From: an uncultured Actinomycetes bacterium
Lineage (GTDB): Bacteria; Actinomycetota; Thermoleophilia; Gaiellales; JAICJC01
Assembly (NCBI GenBank): GCA_963708365.1
Contig: CAVPSM010000011.1
Span: 251,807-315,806 of the forward strand
Reading direction: 5' to 3'
Length of the DNA stretch: 64,000 nucleotides
The notes beneath the pieces are model-generated. The model saw nothing but the letters and a program-made list of their open reading frames with translations. It searched no databases and was not told where the DNA came from. Positions 55,143 to 64,000 of the stretch are shown piece by piece. Positions within the stretch are counted from its first letter, which is position 1, and every line of letters starts with the position of its first letter. A program made the position numbers and the translations under genes.

Positions 55143-55778
55143 TCAGCTCGCGAGCAGCGCCTCGCGCACGGTGTGGAAGTCGTCGAACGGGGTGTAGTCG
55201 AGCCCCATCTCGTCGAGATCGCGGGCCAGGTGGCGGCGGGCGAAGCGGCGGTCTGCGGCGACCGCCGCACAGCGGTCGGAGTAGCCGTCGCCGATGTAGG
55301 CGACCGGCAGGCCGTCGCGCATCGCGGCGACCACGCCGCGCTTGCACTCCTCGCCGCAGACGTCGCAGTCAGCGTCTGCTAGGAACTCGATCGTCGTCCC
55401 GTCCGGCGTGATCCGGAACTCGTGGGCGACCACCTTCAGGTGTGCGGCGCCGACGCGGTCGAGCACCGGCCGGATGACCGACTCGAACCCGCCCGAGACG
55501 ATGACGAGCCGGTTTCCGGCCGCCTCCATCGCCTCGACGAACTCCCCGAACCCCGGCCGCACCTGGGCCGCCGCCACCGTCTCGGCGACGATCGCGGCAT
55601 GGTCGCCGCGCACCGGCGCGAACTCGAGCTCCATGCACTCGCGCAGCGTCAGCCGGCCCTCCGACAGGCCGCGCTCGGCCTCCACGTACGCCTCCGGCGC
55701 GTAGCGCTCGAGCAGATCGTCCTGGGTGTCGCGCTCGGTGATGGTGCCGTCGAAGTCGACGACGACCAGCCAGGTCAT
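55143..55778 (-). CDS. HAD-IB phosphatase (MtnX-like)
   Basis: DFDGTIT, VSGG, CK and GDGYSD motifs. Confidence 0.85.
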   Translation of the reverse strand: MTWLVVVDFDGTITERDTQDDLLERYAPEAYVEAERGLSEGRLTLRECMELEFAPVRGDHAAIVAETVAAAQVRPGFGEFVEAMEAAGNRLVIVSGGFESVIRPVLDRVGAAHLKVVAHEFRITPDGTTIEFLADADCDVCGEECKRGVVAAMRDGLPVAYIGDGYSDRCAAVAADRRFARRHLARDLDEMGLDYTPFDDFHTVREALLAS

Positions 55779-56059
55779 CCGCGCCGGATCCAGCGGGCGA
55801 CGGTGTCGGCGTCGTGACCGTGGGCGATCAGCTGCAGGAGCGGCTTGGGGCTCTTCAGCGTCTGCATCGTCTCCATCCTTCCGACCGAGATGCCCTGGCG
55901 CTGGCAGAAGCGCAGCAGCGCCTGGCGGTCGCTGGAGAGCAGGCGCCAGACCGTCTCCTGGCGGTGGCGGTCGAAATCGCGGTAGACGCCGACGTCGCCG
56001 GCGATCGCGCGGCGCACCGCCTCGTTGTACTCGGCCCGGTAGTCGTGTTCCTCCGACAC
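55775..56059 (-). CDS. Hypothetical protein
   Basis: 94-aa ORF with an ATGA overlap to the HAD gene and host-like codon usage. Confidence 0.55.
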   Translation of the reverse strand: MSEEHDYRAEYNEAVRRAIAGDVGVYRDFDRHRQETVWRLLSSDRQALLRFCQRQGISVGRMETMQTLKSPKPLLQLIAHGHDADTVARWIRRG

Positions 56060-56111
56060 GGCGAGGAGTCTAGATGGTTGCCCGGTACGCGGGATGATCT
56101 ACGCTTGCCGC

Positions 56112-56990
56112 ATGGCAGACATCGCCGCACCCAGCACGCGCCGTTTCGGCGCCCAGAGCATGACGGCGCCGCTCCGCGAGGTGCTCGTCAAGCGCCCCGG
56201 CGCCGCGTTCGGAAGCGCCTACGAGAACCCGGCGCACGGGTTCCTGCACCCGGTCGACCTGGCCGAGGCCCAGCGCCAGCACGACGCCTTCTGCACGATC
56301 CTGACCGGCCTCGGCGTCGCCGTCCACGAGCTCGAGACCGAGACGCACAGTCCCGATCTGGTCTACACGTACGACCCCGCCCTCGTCACCGATCGCGGCA
56401 TGATCGCGGTGCGGCCGGGGAAGGCCAACCGGCAGGGCGAGGAGTCGGCCCTGGCGGGCTGGGCCGAGGCGCACGACATCCCCATCCTCGGCCGACTGGA
56501 GGCGCCCGAGACCGCCGATGGCGGCGACACCTTCTGGCTGCGCCCGGACGTCTTCTGCATCGGCCGCTCGCTGCGCACGAACGCCGCCGGCGCCCGCCGC
56601 CTGACCGAGCTCGTCGGGGGCGAGGTGCACGTCTTCGACGTCCCCTACGCGAACGGACCGGCGGAGTGCCTCCACCTCCTGTCGGTCGTCTCCCCCGTCG
56701 CCGACGACCTGGCCGCCGTCTTCCTGCCCCAGCTCCCCGCCGGGCTCTACGAGCTGCTCGGCGAGCACAGCGTCGACCTCGTCCCCGTGCCCGAGGAGGA
56801 GCTCGCCACCCAGGGCTGCAACATCCTTGCGGTGCGGCCGGGCGTGATCGTCATGGTCGAGGGCAACGCCGCCACCCAGCGGGCGCTGGTCGACCGCGGC
56901 TGCGAGGTGCACACGTTCCCCGGTACGGAGGTCTGCATCAACGGCTCCGGGGGGCCCACCTGCATCACCCGCCCGCTGCTGCGCGGATGA
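56112..56990 (+). CDS. Amidinotransferase/dimethylarginine dimethylaminohydrolase (pentein) family protein
   Basis: YTYDP, RQGE, DGGD, RTN, LHL and [11 protein letters not shown] motifs. Confidence 0.88.
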   Translation: MADIAAPSTRRFGAQSMTAPLREVLVKRPGAAFGSAYENPAHGFLHPVDLAEAQRQHDAFCTILTGLGVAVHELETETHSPDLVYTYDPALVTDRGMIAVRPGKANRQGEESALAGWAEAHDIPILGRLEAPETADGGDTFWLRPDVFCIGRSLRTNAAGARRLTELVGGEVHVFDVPYANGPAECLHLLSVVSPVADDLAAVFLPQLPAGLYELLGEHSVDLVPVPEEELATQGCNILAVRPGVIVMVEGNAATQRALVDRGCEVHTFPGTEVCINGSGGPTCITRPLLRG

Positions 56991-58258
56991 AGAACCTGAC
57001 CCCGGCCGAGCTGGCCGTCGTCGCCCGGGTCGACCGCGACCGCGTCGCCGACGACCTCGCGGCGCTCGTCGCCGTCCCCAGCCTGACCGGCGCGGAGGGC
57101 GAGGTGCAGACCGAGGTCGCGCTGCGGATGACCACCGCCGGGCTCGACGTCGAGCGCGTCGACACGCCCGCCATCGACCTGGCCGCCGACCCCGACTTCC
57201 CCGGCGTCGAGGTCGCACGCGACTCCCACCCGGTCGTGACCGGGCGCCTGACCGGCGACGCCGCCGGCCGCCGCGTCCTGATCGCCGGCCACGTCGACGT
57301 TGTCGGCGCCGGTGACGAGCTGGCGTGGGCGTCGCCGCCGTTCCGGCCGCGGATCTCCGACGGCGTTCTCTACGGCCGAGGCGCGTGCGACATGAAGGGG
57401 GGCGTCGTCGCCGGCCTGGCCGCCCTGCGGGCGATCGCCGAGGCCGAGGTCGAGCTCGGCGGCGAGGCGATGCTGGTCACCGTCCCCGGCGAGGAGGACG
57501 GCGGGGCAGGCATGCTCGCGGCGATCCGGGCCGGATGCACGGGCGACTGGGCGGTGATCACCGAGCCGACCAGGCTCGAGATCGTGACCGCGCAGGGCGG
57601 TGCGATCACCTTCACCCTCACAGTCACGGGCCGGCCGGCGCACGCCGCCTTCCGCCGCCGCGGCGTGTCGGCGGTCGAGAAGCTCATCCCCGTCATGGAG
57701 GCGCTCGCCCGCAACGAGGACGAACGCAACGCCGCCGAGCGGATGCAGTCGATGCGCGACCTGGGCCTGCCCTACCCGACGTCGATCGGGCGCGTGAGCG
57801 CCGGCGACTGGTCGTCGACCGTGCCGGAGCGGCTCATCGCCGAGGGCCGCTTCGGCGTGCGCGTCGGCCAGACCACGGCGGAGGCGGAGGACGAGCTGCG
57901 CGCCGTCGTCGCCGCGGCCTGCGCCGGCGACGAGTGGCTGCGCGAGCACCCGGTCGAGGTGCAGATCACCGGCGGGCGCTTCGCCGCGGCCGCGGTGCCG
58001 TCGGATCACCCGCTGCCGTGGGCGCTGGGAGAGGCGGCCCGTGACGTGCGCGGGCGCCTGCCGCCATTCGTCGGCGTCCCCTACGGCTCCGACGCGCGCC
58101 TGCTGATCGACCACGGCGCGACGCCGACCGTGCTCTACGGCCCGGGCGACCCCGAGTACGCCCACTCGATCGACGAGCGGGTGCCGCTCGAGGACGTCGC
58201 GCAGTGCGCGCGCGTCCTCGCGGTCTGGGTCATGCGCGCGCTGCAGCCGGCGGGATGA
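56987..58258 (+). CDS. ArgE/DapE family (M20) deacylase
   Basis: [25 protein letters not shown] and AHSIDE motifs. Confidence 0.9.
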   Translation: MKNLTPAELAVVARVDRDRVADDLAALVAVPSLTGAEGEVQTEVALRMTTAGLDVERVDTPAIDLAADPDFPGVEVARDSHPVVTGRLTGDAAGRRVLIAGHVDVVGAGDELAWASPPFRPRISDGVLYGRGACDMKGGVVAGLAALRAIAEAEVELGGEAMLVTVPGEEDGGAGMLAAIRAGCTGDWAVITEPTRLEIVTAQGGAITFTLTVTGRPAHAAFRRRGVSAVEKLIPVMEALARNEDERNAAERMQSMRDLGLPYPTSIGRVSAGDWSSTVPERLIAEGRFGVRVGQTTAEAEDELRAVVAAACAGDEWLREHPVEVQITGGRFAAAAVPSDHPLPWALGEAARDVRGRLPPFVGVPYGSDARLLIDHGATPTVLYGPGDPEYAHSIDERVPLEDVAQCARVLAVWVMRALQPAG

Positions 58259-59210
58259 GCAGGAGCTTGCCCCGCGTCGCCCGCGACTCGAGATCCTCGT
58301 GGGCCCGGCGCGCCTCGTCGAGCGGGTAGCGACCGCCGATCAGCACCCGCAGCCTGCCCGTCCCGACCCACTCGAGCACCTGCTCGGCGCGGGCCACCAG
58401 AGCGTCGTGCGTGGCGGTGTACGCCGGCAGGGTCGGCCGGGTGACGAAGAGCGAGCCGCCGCCGCCGAGGCGGTCGAGCACGAGCGGCTCGGGCTGCCCG
58501 CTGGCGTAGCCGTAGAGCGCCATCGTCCCCCGCGGCCGGAGGGCGGCGAGGCCGCCGTCGAACGTGTCCCTGCCCACCCCGTCGTAGACGGCGTGGACGC
58601 CGGCGCCACCGGTGAGCTCCTTCACGGCCTCCGCGAACCCGGCGTAGGCGATCGCCTCGTCGGCGCCGTGCTCGCGGGCGAGCGCGCGCTTCTCCTCGGT
58701 CGACGCCGTCGCGATCACACGGCCGCCGCGCAGCTTCGCCATCTGCGTCAGGAGCAGGCCGACGCCGCCCGCCGCGGCGTGCACGAGGACGGTGTCGCCC
58801 CGCCGGATCGGGTAGGTCGACGTGGCCAGGTAGTGGGCCGTCATGCCCTGGAGAAGGACGGCGGCGGCGAGCTCGGAGCTCGTCGCGTCCGGTACCGGGA
58901 CGGCACGGTCGGCCTTCACGACCACGCGCTCGGCGTAGCTGCCGGTTGCGCTCGTCCAGGCGACCCGGTCGCCCGGCCCGAGCTCGGCCACGTCCGGCCC
59001 GGCTGCGACCACGGTGCCGGCGCCCTCCGCGCCCGCCACGAGCGGCGGCGGCGTGCCGTAGCCGCCGCGGCGTTCGTAGATGTCGCGAAAGTTCACGCCG
59101 GCCGCCTCGAGGGCGACGAGCAGCTCGCCGGGCCCGGGCTGCGGCTCGGGCCGGTCGCGCGGCTCGAGCACCTCCGGACCGCCGTTCCGCTCGATCACGA
59201 CCGCGCGCAT
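58230..59210 (-). CDS. qor: Quinone oxidoreductase (zeta-crystallin family)
   Basis: [21 protein letters not shown] and HAAAGGVG motifs. Confidence 0.9.
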   Translation of the reverse strand: MRAVVIERNGGPEVLEPRDRPEPQPGPGELLVALEAAGVNFRDIYERRGGYGTPPPLVAGAEGAGTVVAAGPDVAELGPGDRVAWTSATGSYAERVVVKADRAVPVPDATSSELAAAVLLQGMTAHYLATSTYPIRRGDTVLVHAAAGGVGLLLTQMAKLRGGRVIATASTEEKRALAREHGADEAIAYAGFAEAVKELTGGAGVHAVYDGVGRDTFDGGLAALRPRGTMALYGYASGQPEPLVLDRLGGGGSLFVTRPTLPAYTATHDALVARAEQVLEWVGTGRLRVLIGGRYPLDEARRAHEDLESRATRGKLLLIPPAAARA

Positions 59211-59220
59211 CGAAGCTCCG

Positions 59221-60015
59221 TCAGCTCAGCGCCGACGCCGGGGTGCCGTTGTCCCAGCCGCGCAGCTCGAAGCCCGCACCGCGGAGCCGGTCGCGCAGGT
59301 CGGCGGCGGCGGCGGTCGCGCAGACGGCCAGGATGCCGCCCTCGCGCCCGTCGTCGCGGCGCAGCGCTGCGGCAACGCGGTCGGGCGGCTGCACGTGGTG
59401 GCCGGCCAGGCCGAGCTCCTGGTACGTGTCCCGGACGACGACGAGCGCGCCACCCGGCCCGCGGACGATCGTCGCCAGCTCGACGAAATGCCCGGCGTCC
59501 CAATCGGCCGGCGGCGGCTCGGGCTCGGCGCCGGCCAGGTGGTTGAGGACGACGCTCGGGTCGGGCCGCGAGCCCCAGAAGAGCGCCGTGCGCAGGTTGG
59601 CGATCAGAACGGCTGCCGGGCCGGCGACGTCGAGCACGGCGGTGACGGTGTCGCCCGACCAGGGCCCCGCCACCTCGATCGCCTCGAGTGCCCCGCCCGA
59701 CAGGCGCCGGATCGCGGCCGCGAGCTGGGTCGCGGCGGTGCCGGCGGTCTCCGGATCCGCCGCCATGGGCAGATCGACGCGGTAGTCGTTGCGCGGCGTC
59801 GCGCCGGGAGCGACATGCGTCTGCGGGTCGCCTCCGGGCAGGATCGCGCCCGCCTCGAGCGCGACCGCCTCCTGGTCCGCGTCGATGCCGGAGGCGCGCA
59901 GCGCCAGGCTGCCCCAGAAGCAGCCACAGAGATTGTCCATCTGCTGGCGCTCGGCGGCGTGGAGCTGCGCCAGCAGCTGGCGGTCGGGGATCGTGGTGAC
60001 CGCTTGTGCTGCCAC
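59221..60015 (-). CDS. Hypothetical protein with a papain-like Gln/Cys...His...Asp pattern (possibly DUF6885)
   Basis: QQMDNLCGCFW, WDAGHFV and VVVRDTY motifs. The family name is from memory and unverified. Confidence 0.6.
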   Translation of the reverse strand: MAAQAVTTIPDRQLLAQLHAAERQQMDNLCGCFWGSLALRASGIDADQEAVALEAGAILPGGDPQTHVAPGATPRNDYRVDLPMAADPETAGTAATQLAAAIRRLSGGALEAIEVAGPWSGDTVTAVLDVAGPAAVLIANLRTALFWGSRPDPSVVLNHLAGAEPEPPPADWDAGHFVELATIVRGPGGALVVVRDTYQELGLAGHHVQPPDRVAAALRRDDGREGGILAVCATAAAADLRDRLRGAGFELRGWDNGTPASALS

Positions 60016-60052
60016 GGAGGGGAGCTTACGCCGGAACGGCAGCGAGCGCGGA

Positions 60053-60085
60053 GGGGCCTGGCCCCGCCACGCGGGGCCAGGCCCC
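60053..60085. repeat. Inverted pair of variant REP-like palindromes
   Basis: GGGGCCTGGCCCC-GCCACGC-GGGGCCAGGCCCC. Confidence 0.65.
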
Positions 60086-60099
60086 GATTCGACGTCGCG

Positions 60100-61029
60100 C
60101 TAGGACGGCTCGGCGGGCGGCTCGAGGTCGAGGATCGTCGGCTCGTGGTGGCGGCGCGCGCTCGCCGCCCGCCCGAGGGCGACCCCGCCGACGATGACGG
60201 CCCCGCCCACGATCTGAAGGGCGCCGATCTGCTCGCCCAGCAGGATGGCGGCGAAGAGCGCGCCCAGAAACGGCTGCAGGTACATGAAGAGCGTCGCCCG
60301 GGCGGCGCCCACGCGCGGCAGAGCGGTGAAGTAGAGGACGTTCGTGACGATCAGCGGGAAGATCGTCGAGTACACGAGCGCGCCCCACCGCAGCCCGCCG
60401 ATGCTGCCGAAGTCCTGCTGACCGAGCTGGACGATCGAGATCGGCGCCATCAGCACCGCGCCGACGATGATCATGAGGGTCGAGAGCCGCATCGCGCTGT
60501 AGCGGCCGAAGAGCGGCCGCATCATCACCGAGTAGGCCGCCCAGGTGAGCGCCGCGCCGATGGCGAGGACGTCGCCCTTGAGGCTGAATCCTTCCACCCC
60601 CGCGCCGCCCTGCACGACGAGGGCGACCCCGGAGAGCGAGACGCCGAGGGCGAGCCAGTGCACCGGCCGCACCCGCTCGTGGCCGAGGGCGACGGCGAAG
60701 GCGGCCGTGAAGGCGGGGGCCGCGCCGAGGATCAACGCCACGTTCGCCGCGGCCGTGTAGTCGAGCGCGTAGTTGAACGTGAGCTGGTTCAGGAAGATGC
60801 CGGTCGCGCCGGCCAGGATGACCCGCGGGACGTCACCCCGGGCGACGCCGAGGCCGCCCTCGCGGATGCCGACGATGAGCGCCATGCCGATCCCGGCGAG
60901 CGTGAACCGCAGGCCCGAGAAGGCCAGCGGGTTCCAGGCCTCGAAGGCGTACTTGGTGGTGGCGTAGTTCAGGCTCCACAGCACGTTGGCCAGGACCAGC
61001 ATGCCGTCAGCCCGGTCGGGGCGTCGCAC
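60100..61029 (-). CDS. DMT (EamA) family transporter
   Basis: Ten TM segments in two EamA halves; YLQPFLGALFAAILLGE motif. Confidence 0.9.
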   Translation of the reverse strand: MRRPDRADGMLVLANVLWSLNYATTKYAFEAWNPLAFSGLRFTLAGIGMALIVGIREGGLGVARGDVPRVILAGATGIFLNQLTFNYALDYTAAANVALILGAAPAFTAAFAVALGHERVRPVHWLALGVSLSGVALVVQGGAGVEGFSLKGDVLAIGAALTWAAYSVMMRPLFGRYSAMRLSTLMIIVGAVLMAPISIVQLGQQDFGSIGGLRWGALVYSTIFPLIVTNVLYFTALPRVGAARATLFMYLQPFLGALFAAILLGEQIGALQIVGGAVIVGGVALGRAASARRHHEPTILDLEPPAEPS

Positions 61030-61064
61030 GGCGACAGCCTAGATGGTGGTGAGACAGCCGTGTT

Positions 61065-61832
61065 TCAGGCGGTGACGCGCGCGCCGGCCGCCGTGACGAG
61101 CATGTTGCCCGTCGTCTGCAGCGGCATCGGCAGGCGCTTCCCGGCCGCGGCGAGCGTGAGATTCCATGGCGCGCCGACCCGCACCCACAGGCGCCGGCGG
61201 GCGAAGCGCAGCCGCCGCCCCTGCGCGAGCGTGCTCTGGAAGAGCACCTTGCCGGAGGCCGACCCGGCCCGGACGTACAGCCAGACGTCGCCGCCGCTGG
61301 CGGCCAGGACGAGCTGGGCCGGCCCGGCGGGGGGCGGCGTCGTCGTCACGCCGGTCGTGCTCGTGGTCGCGGTGCTGGAGCTCTGGCCGGCCGGCGAGCT
61401 GATGCCCGTGTTGCCGCCCGGAGGCGGAGCCGACGCCCCGGACGAGGAGCCGCGCAGGGCGAGGAACGCGATCGCCGCGACGGCGACGAGCGCGAGGACG
61501 ACGGCCGCGGCGATCCAGACGACGACGCGCGCACGGTGGTCGAGGAGCGGCACCTGCGCCACCTGCCGCGGCGGCGCGACGACAACCTCGTCCGGGACGA
61601 GCTCGGGCCGGGCGTTCAGCTCGGCGACGAGCTCCTGCGGGTCGAGGCCGAGCTGCTCGGCGTAGTCGCGCACGAACGCCCGCACGTAGGCCGGACCGGG
61701 CAGCACGTCGAACCGCTCCTCCTCGAGCGCGAGTAGGAACTTGGCGCGGATCCGCGTCTCGGCCTCGATCTCGTCGATGCCGATCCCCTGGCGCTCGCGC
61801 TCGTCGCGCAGCCGTGCCCCCAGCTCACCCAT
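61065..61832 (-). CDS. RodZ-like protein (HTH, TM helix, DUF4115-like domain)
   Basis: LGARLRDERERQG...TRIRAKFLLALEEERFDVLPGPAYVRAFVRDYA, then a TM helix and a C-terminal beta domain. Confidence 0.85.
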   Translation of the reverse strand: MGELGARLRDERERQGIGIDEIEAETRIRAKFLLALEEERFDVLPGPAYVRAFVRDYAEQLGLDPQELVAELNARPELVPDEVVVAPPRQVAQVPLLDHRARVVVWIAAAVVLALVAVAAIAFLALRGSSSGASAPPPGGNTGISSPAGQSSSTATTSTTGVTTTPPPAGPAQLVLAASGGDVWLYVRAGSASGKVLFQSTLAQGRRLRFARRRLWVRVGAPWNLTLAAAGKRLPMPLQTTGNMLVTAAGARVTA

Positions 61833-61892
61833 ACCGTTCCGGATTCTGCCTGCATGCGCGGGAACCATCAAACCGCGCCGGCCGCGCGCCCG

Positions 61893-62831
61893 TCAGCCGT
61901 TGCGCAGCGTCGAGGTGTCGACCACCTCGAAATCGCTCCCGTGGATCTGGTTCAGCAGGTGGAGCGCAGAGTCGTTGAAGAGCGGGTTGGAGAAGCCGGA
62001 GATGTACCAGGGCGAGCCGTTGTCGGCGACGATCATCCCGTAGCGCTTGAGTGCCGCGCCGATCACGCGCACCGGCCGGGGCAGCCCGGAGAGGACGAAC
62101 GACGCCTTCAGGCGCACGCGCAGCCCCATCGGCGGCCAGTTGGCGCAGCTGCCGGACCCTGCGTTGTGGCGGGCCGGGTAGATGTGACCGCTGCAGGTGT
62201 GCGGGACGGTGAAGCGCAGAGCGTGGTCGATCACCCCGGCCTTGACCTCGTTGTGACGGACGAGCCCGGGCAGGATCGGCAGTCCGGCGGCGTCGGCGCT
62301 CGTCCAGCCGTTGGGGCGCAGGTGGTTCGACGTCAGCGACCAGACGGCGCCCGACCCGGCGTGCCAGCCGGTGGCCGTGTGCCTGACGGCGTAGAGCTCG
62401 TAGAGCCGGCAGGTGCCCCGGTTCACGATCAGCATGTGGCGGTCGGAGCCGGCCTCGATCTTCGGGTGCGCCGGGATCGGATACGGCACGTGGTTCGACT
62501 CGGTCTTGTAGAGGAACCGCACCCGGTGCGTGACCTGGTTGCGCGTGACGACGTTGATCGGGATGCCGTAGCCGGCGAAGGAGCCGAAGTCGGGATGCAG
62601 GCCGACGTTCAGGCCGATCGCGCGGATCATCGTGGCCGAGTCAGCCGCCACCGGGAGGGTGTCGACGGGCTTGTTCCACACGTTCGTCGCCGGGAAGATG
62701 GGGCAGTTGGGCGCGCTCGGGAGGCGGCTCGACGGCGCGGGCGGCACGGCGAGCGCGGCCGACGCGGCGATGCCCGCCAGCACGACGACAAGGACGGCCG
62801 CCGACGCGACCCGTACCGAACGACCCCACAT
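61893..62831 (-). CDS. Conserved secreted hypothetical protein
   Basis: Signal peptide; WNKPVD, DRHM, WTSADAAGLPILPGL, IDHALRF, PMGLRVRL and YGMIVADNG motifs. Confidence 0.75.
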   Translation of the reverse strand: MWGRSVRVASAAVLVVVLAGIAASAALAVPPAPSSRLPSAPNCPIFPATNVWNKPVDTLPVAADSATMIRAIGLNVGLHPDFGSFAGYGIPINVVTRNQVTHRVRFLYKTESNHVPYPIPAHPKIEAGSDRHMLIVNRGTCRLYELYAVRHTATGWHAGSGAVWSLTSNHLRPNGWTSADAAGLPILPGLVRHNEVKAGVIDHALRFTVPHTCSGHIYPARHNAGSGSCANWPPMGLRVRLKASFVLSGLPRPVRVIGAALKRYGMIVADNGSPWYISGFSNPLFNDSALHLLNQIHGSDFEVVDTSTLRNG

Positions 62832-62883
62832 GGGGCGCATAATCGGTGCAGTTGGCGCCGCCCGCAACCCTCGCAAGGGTGAG

Positions 62884-62922
62884 CTTACGGAACGCTTACG
62901 CGGGCGTCCGCGTATCCTTACG
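62884..62922 (+). promoter_or_regulatory. Phased CTTACG direct repeats (OmpR/SARP-type site)
   Basis: CTTACG at 62884, 62895 and 62917 (11- and 22-bp spacing), overlapping a TATCCT -10. Confidence 0.55.
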
Positions 62923-62926
62923 AGCG

Positions 62927-63907
62927 ATGGTGGTGAGGGGCGAGAGTGGGCCGGCGGTCGAGGTCGAGGGCCTCGAGAAGCGATACCCGAAGGCGCCCGT
63001 GAACGCCGTCGACGGCGTGACGTTCGCCGTCGAGCAGGGCGACGTGTTCGGCCTCCTCGGCCCGAACGGCGCCGGCAAGACGACCACGATCGGCGTGCTC
63101 ACGACCCGCGTGAAGCTCACCGGTGGCGTCGCCCGCGTCGGCGGGATCGACGTCTCGCGCGACCCGGTGCGGGCGCGCACGCAGCTGGCCGTGGTGCCGC
63201 AGCGGACGAACCTCGACCGGTCGCTCTCGATCCGCCAGAACCTGATCTTCCACGCCGCTTATCACCGGGTGCCGGGCGGTGAGCGCAACCGCCGCGCCGA
63301 CGAGCTGCTCGAGCTCTTCGGCCTGACCGACCGCGGCGACGACAAGCCGGACTACATCTCCGGCGGGCAGTCGCAGCGGATCATGATCGCGAGGGCCATG
63401 ATGCACACGCCCCGGGTGCTGTTCCTGGACGAGCCCAGCACGGGGCTCGACCCGGCGGCGCGGCTGTTCGTGTGGGACCGCATCCGCGACCTGCGCGAGC
63501 GCGGCACGACGATCGTCATCACCACCCACGACATGGACGAGGCGGCGACGCTGACCGAGCGCGTCGGCATCATGGATCACGGCAAGCTGCTCGCCCTCGA
63601 CCGTCCCGAGACGCTCACGCGCGGGCTGCCCGGCAAGACGACGCTCGAGATCGCCCTGGCCGGCGCCGACGGCAACCTCCACGCCGCGGTTGCAGCGCTC
63701 GAGCGGCTGTACGGCGTCGAGCGGCTGGAGCGCCTAGAGCACCGCGACGGCCACGTCCGCCTCTACGTCGCGGGCGACGCCCCGCTGATGGTGGCGCCGG
63801 TGGCCGGCGCCTTGGCCCGGTTCGGGATCACGCTGTCCGACGTGAAGATCGGCGAGCCCAGCCTCGAGGACGTGTTCATCAACCTGACCGGGCGGGCGCT
63901 GCGATGA
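62927..63907 (+). CDS. ABC exporter ATP-binding protein (DrrA-like)
   Basis: GPNGAGKTT, ISGGQ, LFLDEPSTGLD and SLEDVF motifs. Confidence 0.92.
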   Translation: MVVRGESGPAVEVEGLEKRYPKAPVNAVDGVTFAVEQGDVFGLLGPNGAGKTTTIGVLTTRVKLTGGVARVGGIDVSRDPVRARTQLAVVPQRTNLDRSLSIRQNLIFHAAYHRVPGGERNRRADELLELFGLTDRGDDKPDYISGGQSQRIMIARAMMHTPRVLFLDEPSTGLDPAARLFVWDRIRDLRERGTTIVITTHDMDEAATLTERVGIMDHGKLLALDRPETLTRGLPGKTTLEIALAGADGNLHAAVAALERLYGVERLERLEHRDGHVRLYVAGDAPLMVAPVAGALARFGITLSDVKIGEPSLEDVFINLTGRALR

Positions 63908-64000
63908 GCGCGCCGGGAATCCGGGTGCGCACGACCGCGCCGGGCGTGTTCATGGCGGTGCTGTGGCGCGACGTCTTCGTCACCGGCCGCGAGCTGCCCG
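63904..64000 (+). CDS. ABC transporter permease, partial
   Basis: ATGA overlap with the ATPase gene; FMAVLWRDVFVTGREL. Confidence 0.7.
   Translation, partial: MSAPGIRVRTTAPGVFMAVLWRDVFVTGRELP

Overview
High-GC actinobacterial chromosome segment. Gene content and protein styles suggest Thermoleophilia/Gaiellales, which is an inference. Core genes: rplM-rpsI-glmM-glmS, guaB3-guaA, pyrF, pyrE, HU, murI-rph-rdgB and lgt. Accessory content: an MFS-MarR fusion coupled to a rifamycin phosphotransferase; an R2lox-like di-metal oxidase operon with an unannotated C2H2 microprotein and a FadR regulator; a membrane-anchored SARP-BMP regulator facing a small repeat-containing secreted protein; an arsenic operon (unannotated 45-aa four-Cys peptide, arsR, arsM, aquaporin, two arsC) just downstream of glmS; an ABC exporter behind a leader-peptide attenuator; an amine/guanidino catabolism-like cluster; and a family of REP-like GGGGTCWGACCCC palindromes. 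Many single-base frameshifts, even in housekeeping genes, point to long-read indel errors. No tRNA, rRNA, CRISPR array or transposase was seen. Product names come from motif recognition by eye, not from database searches.
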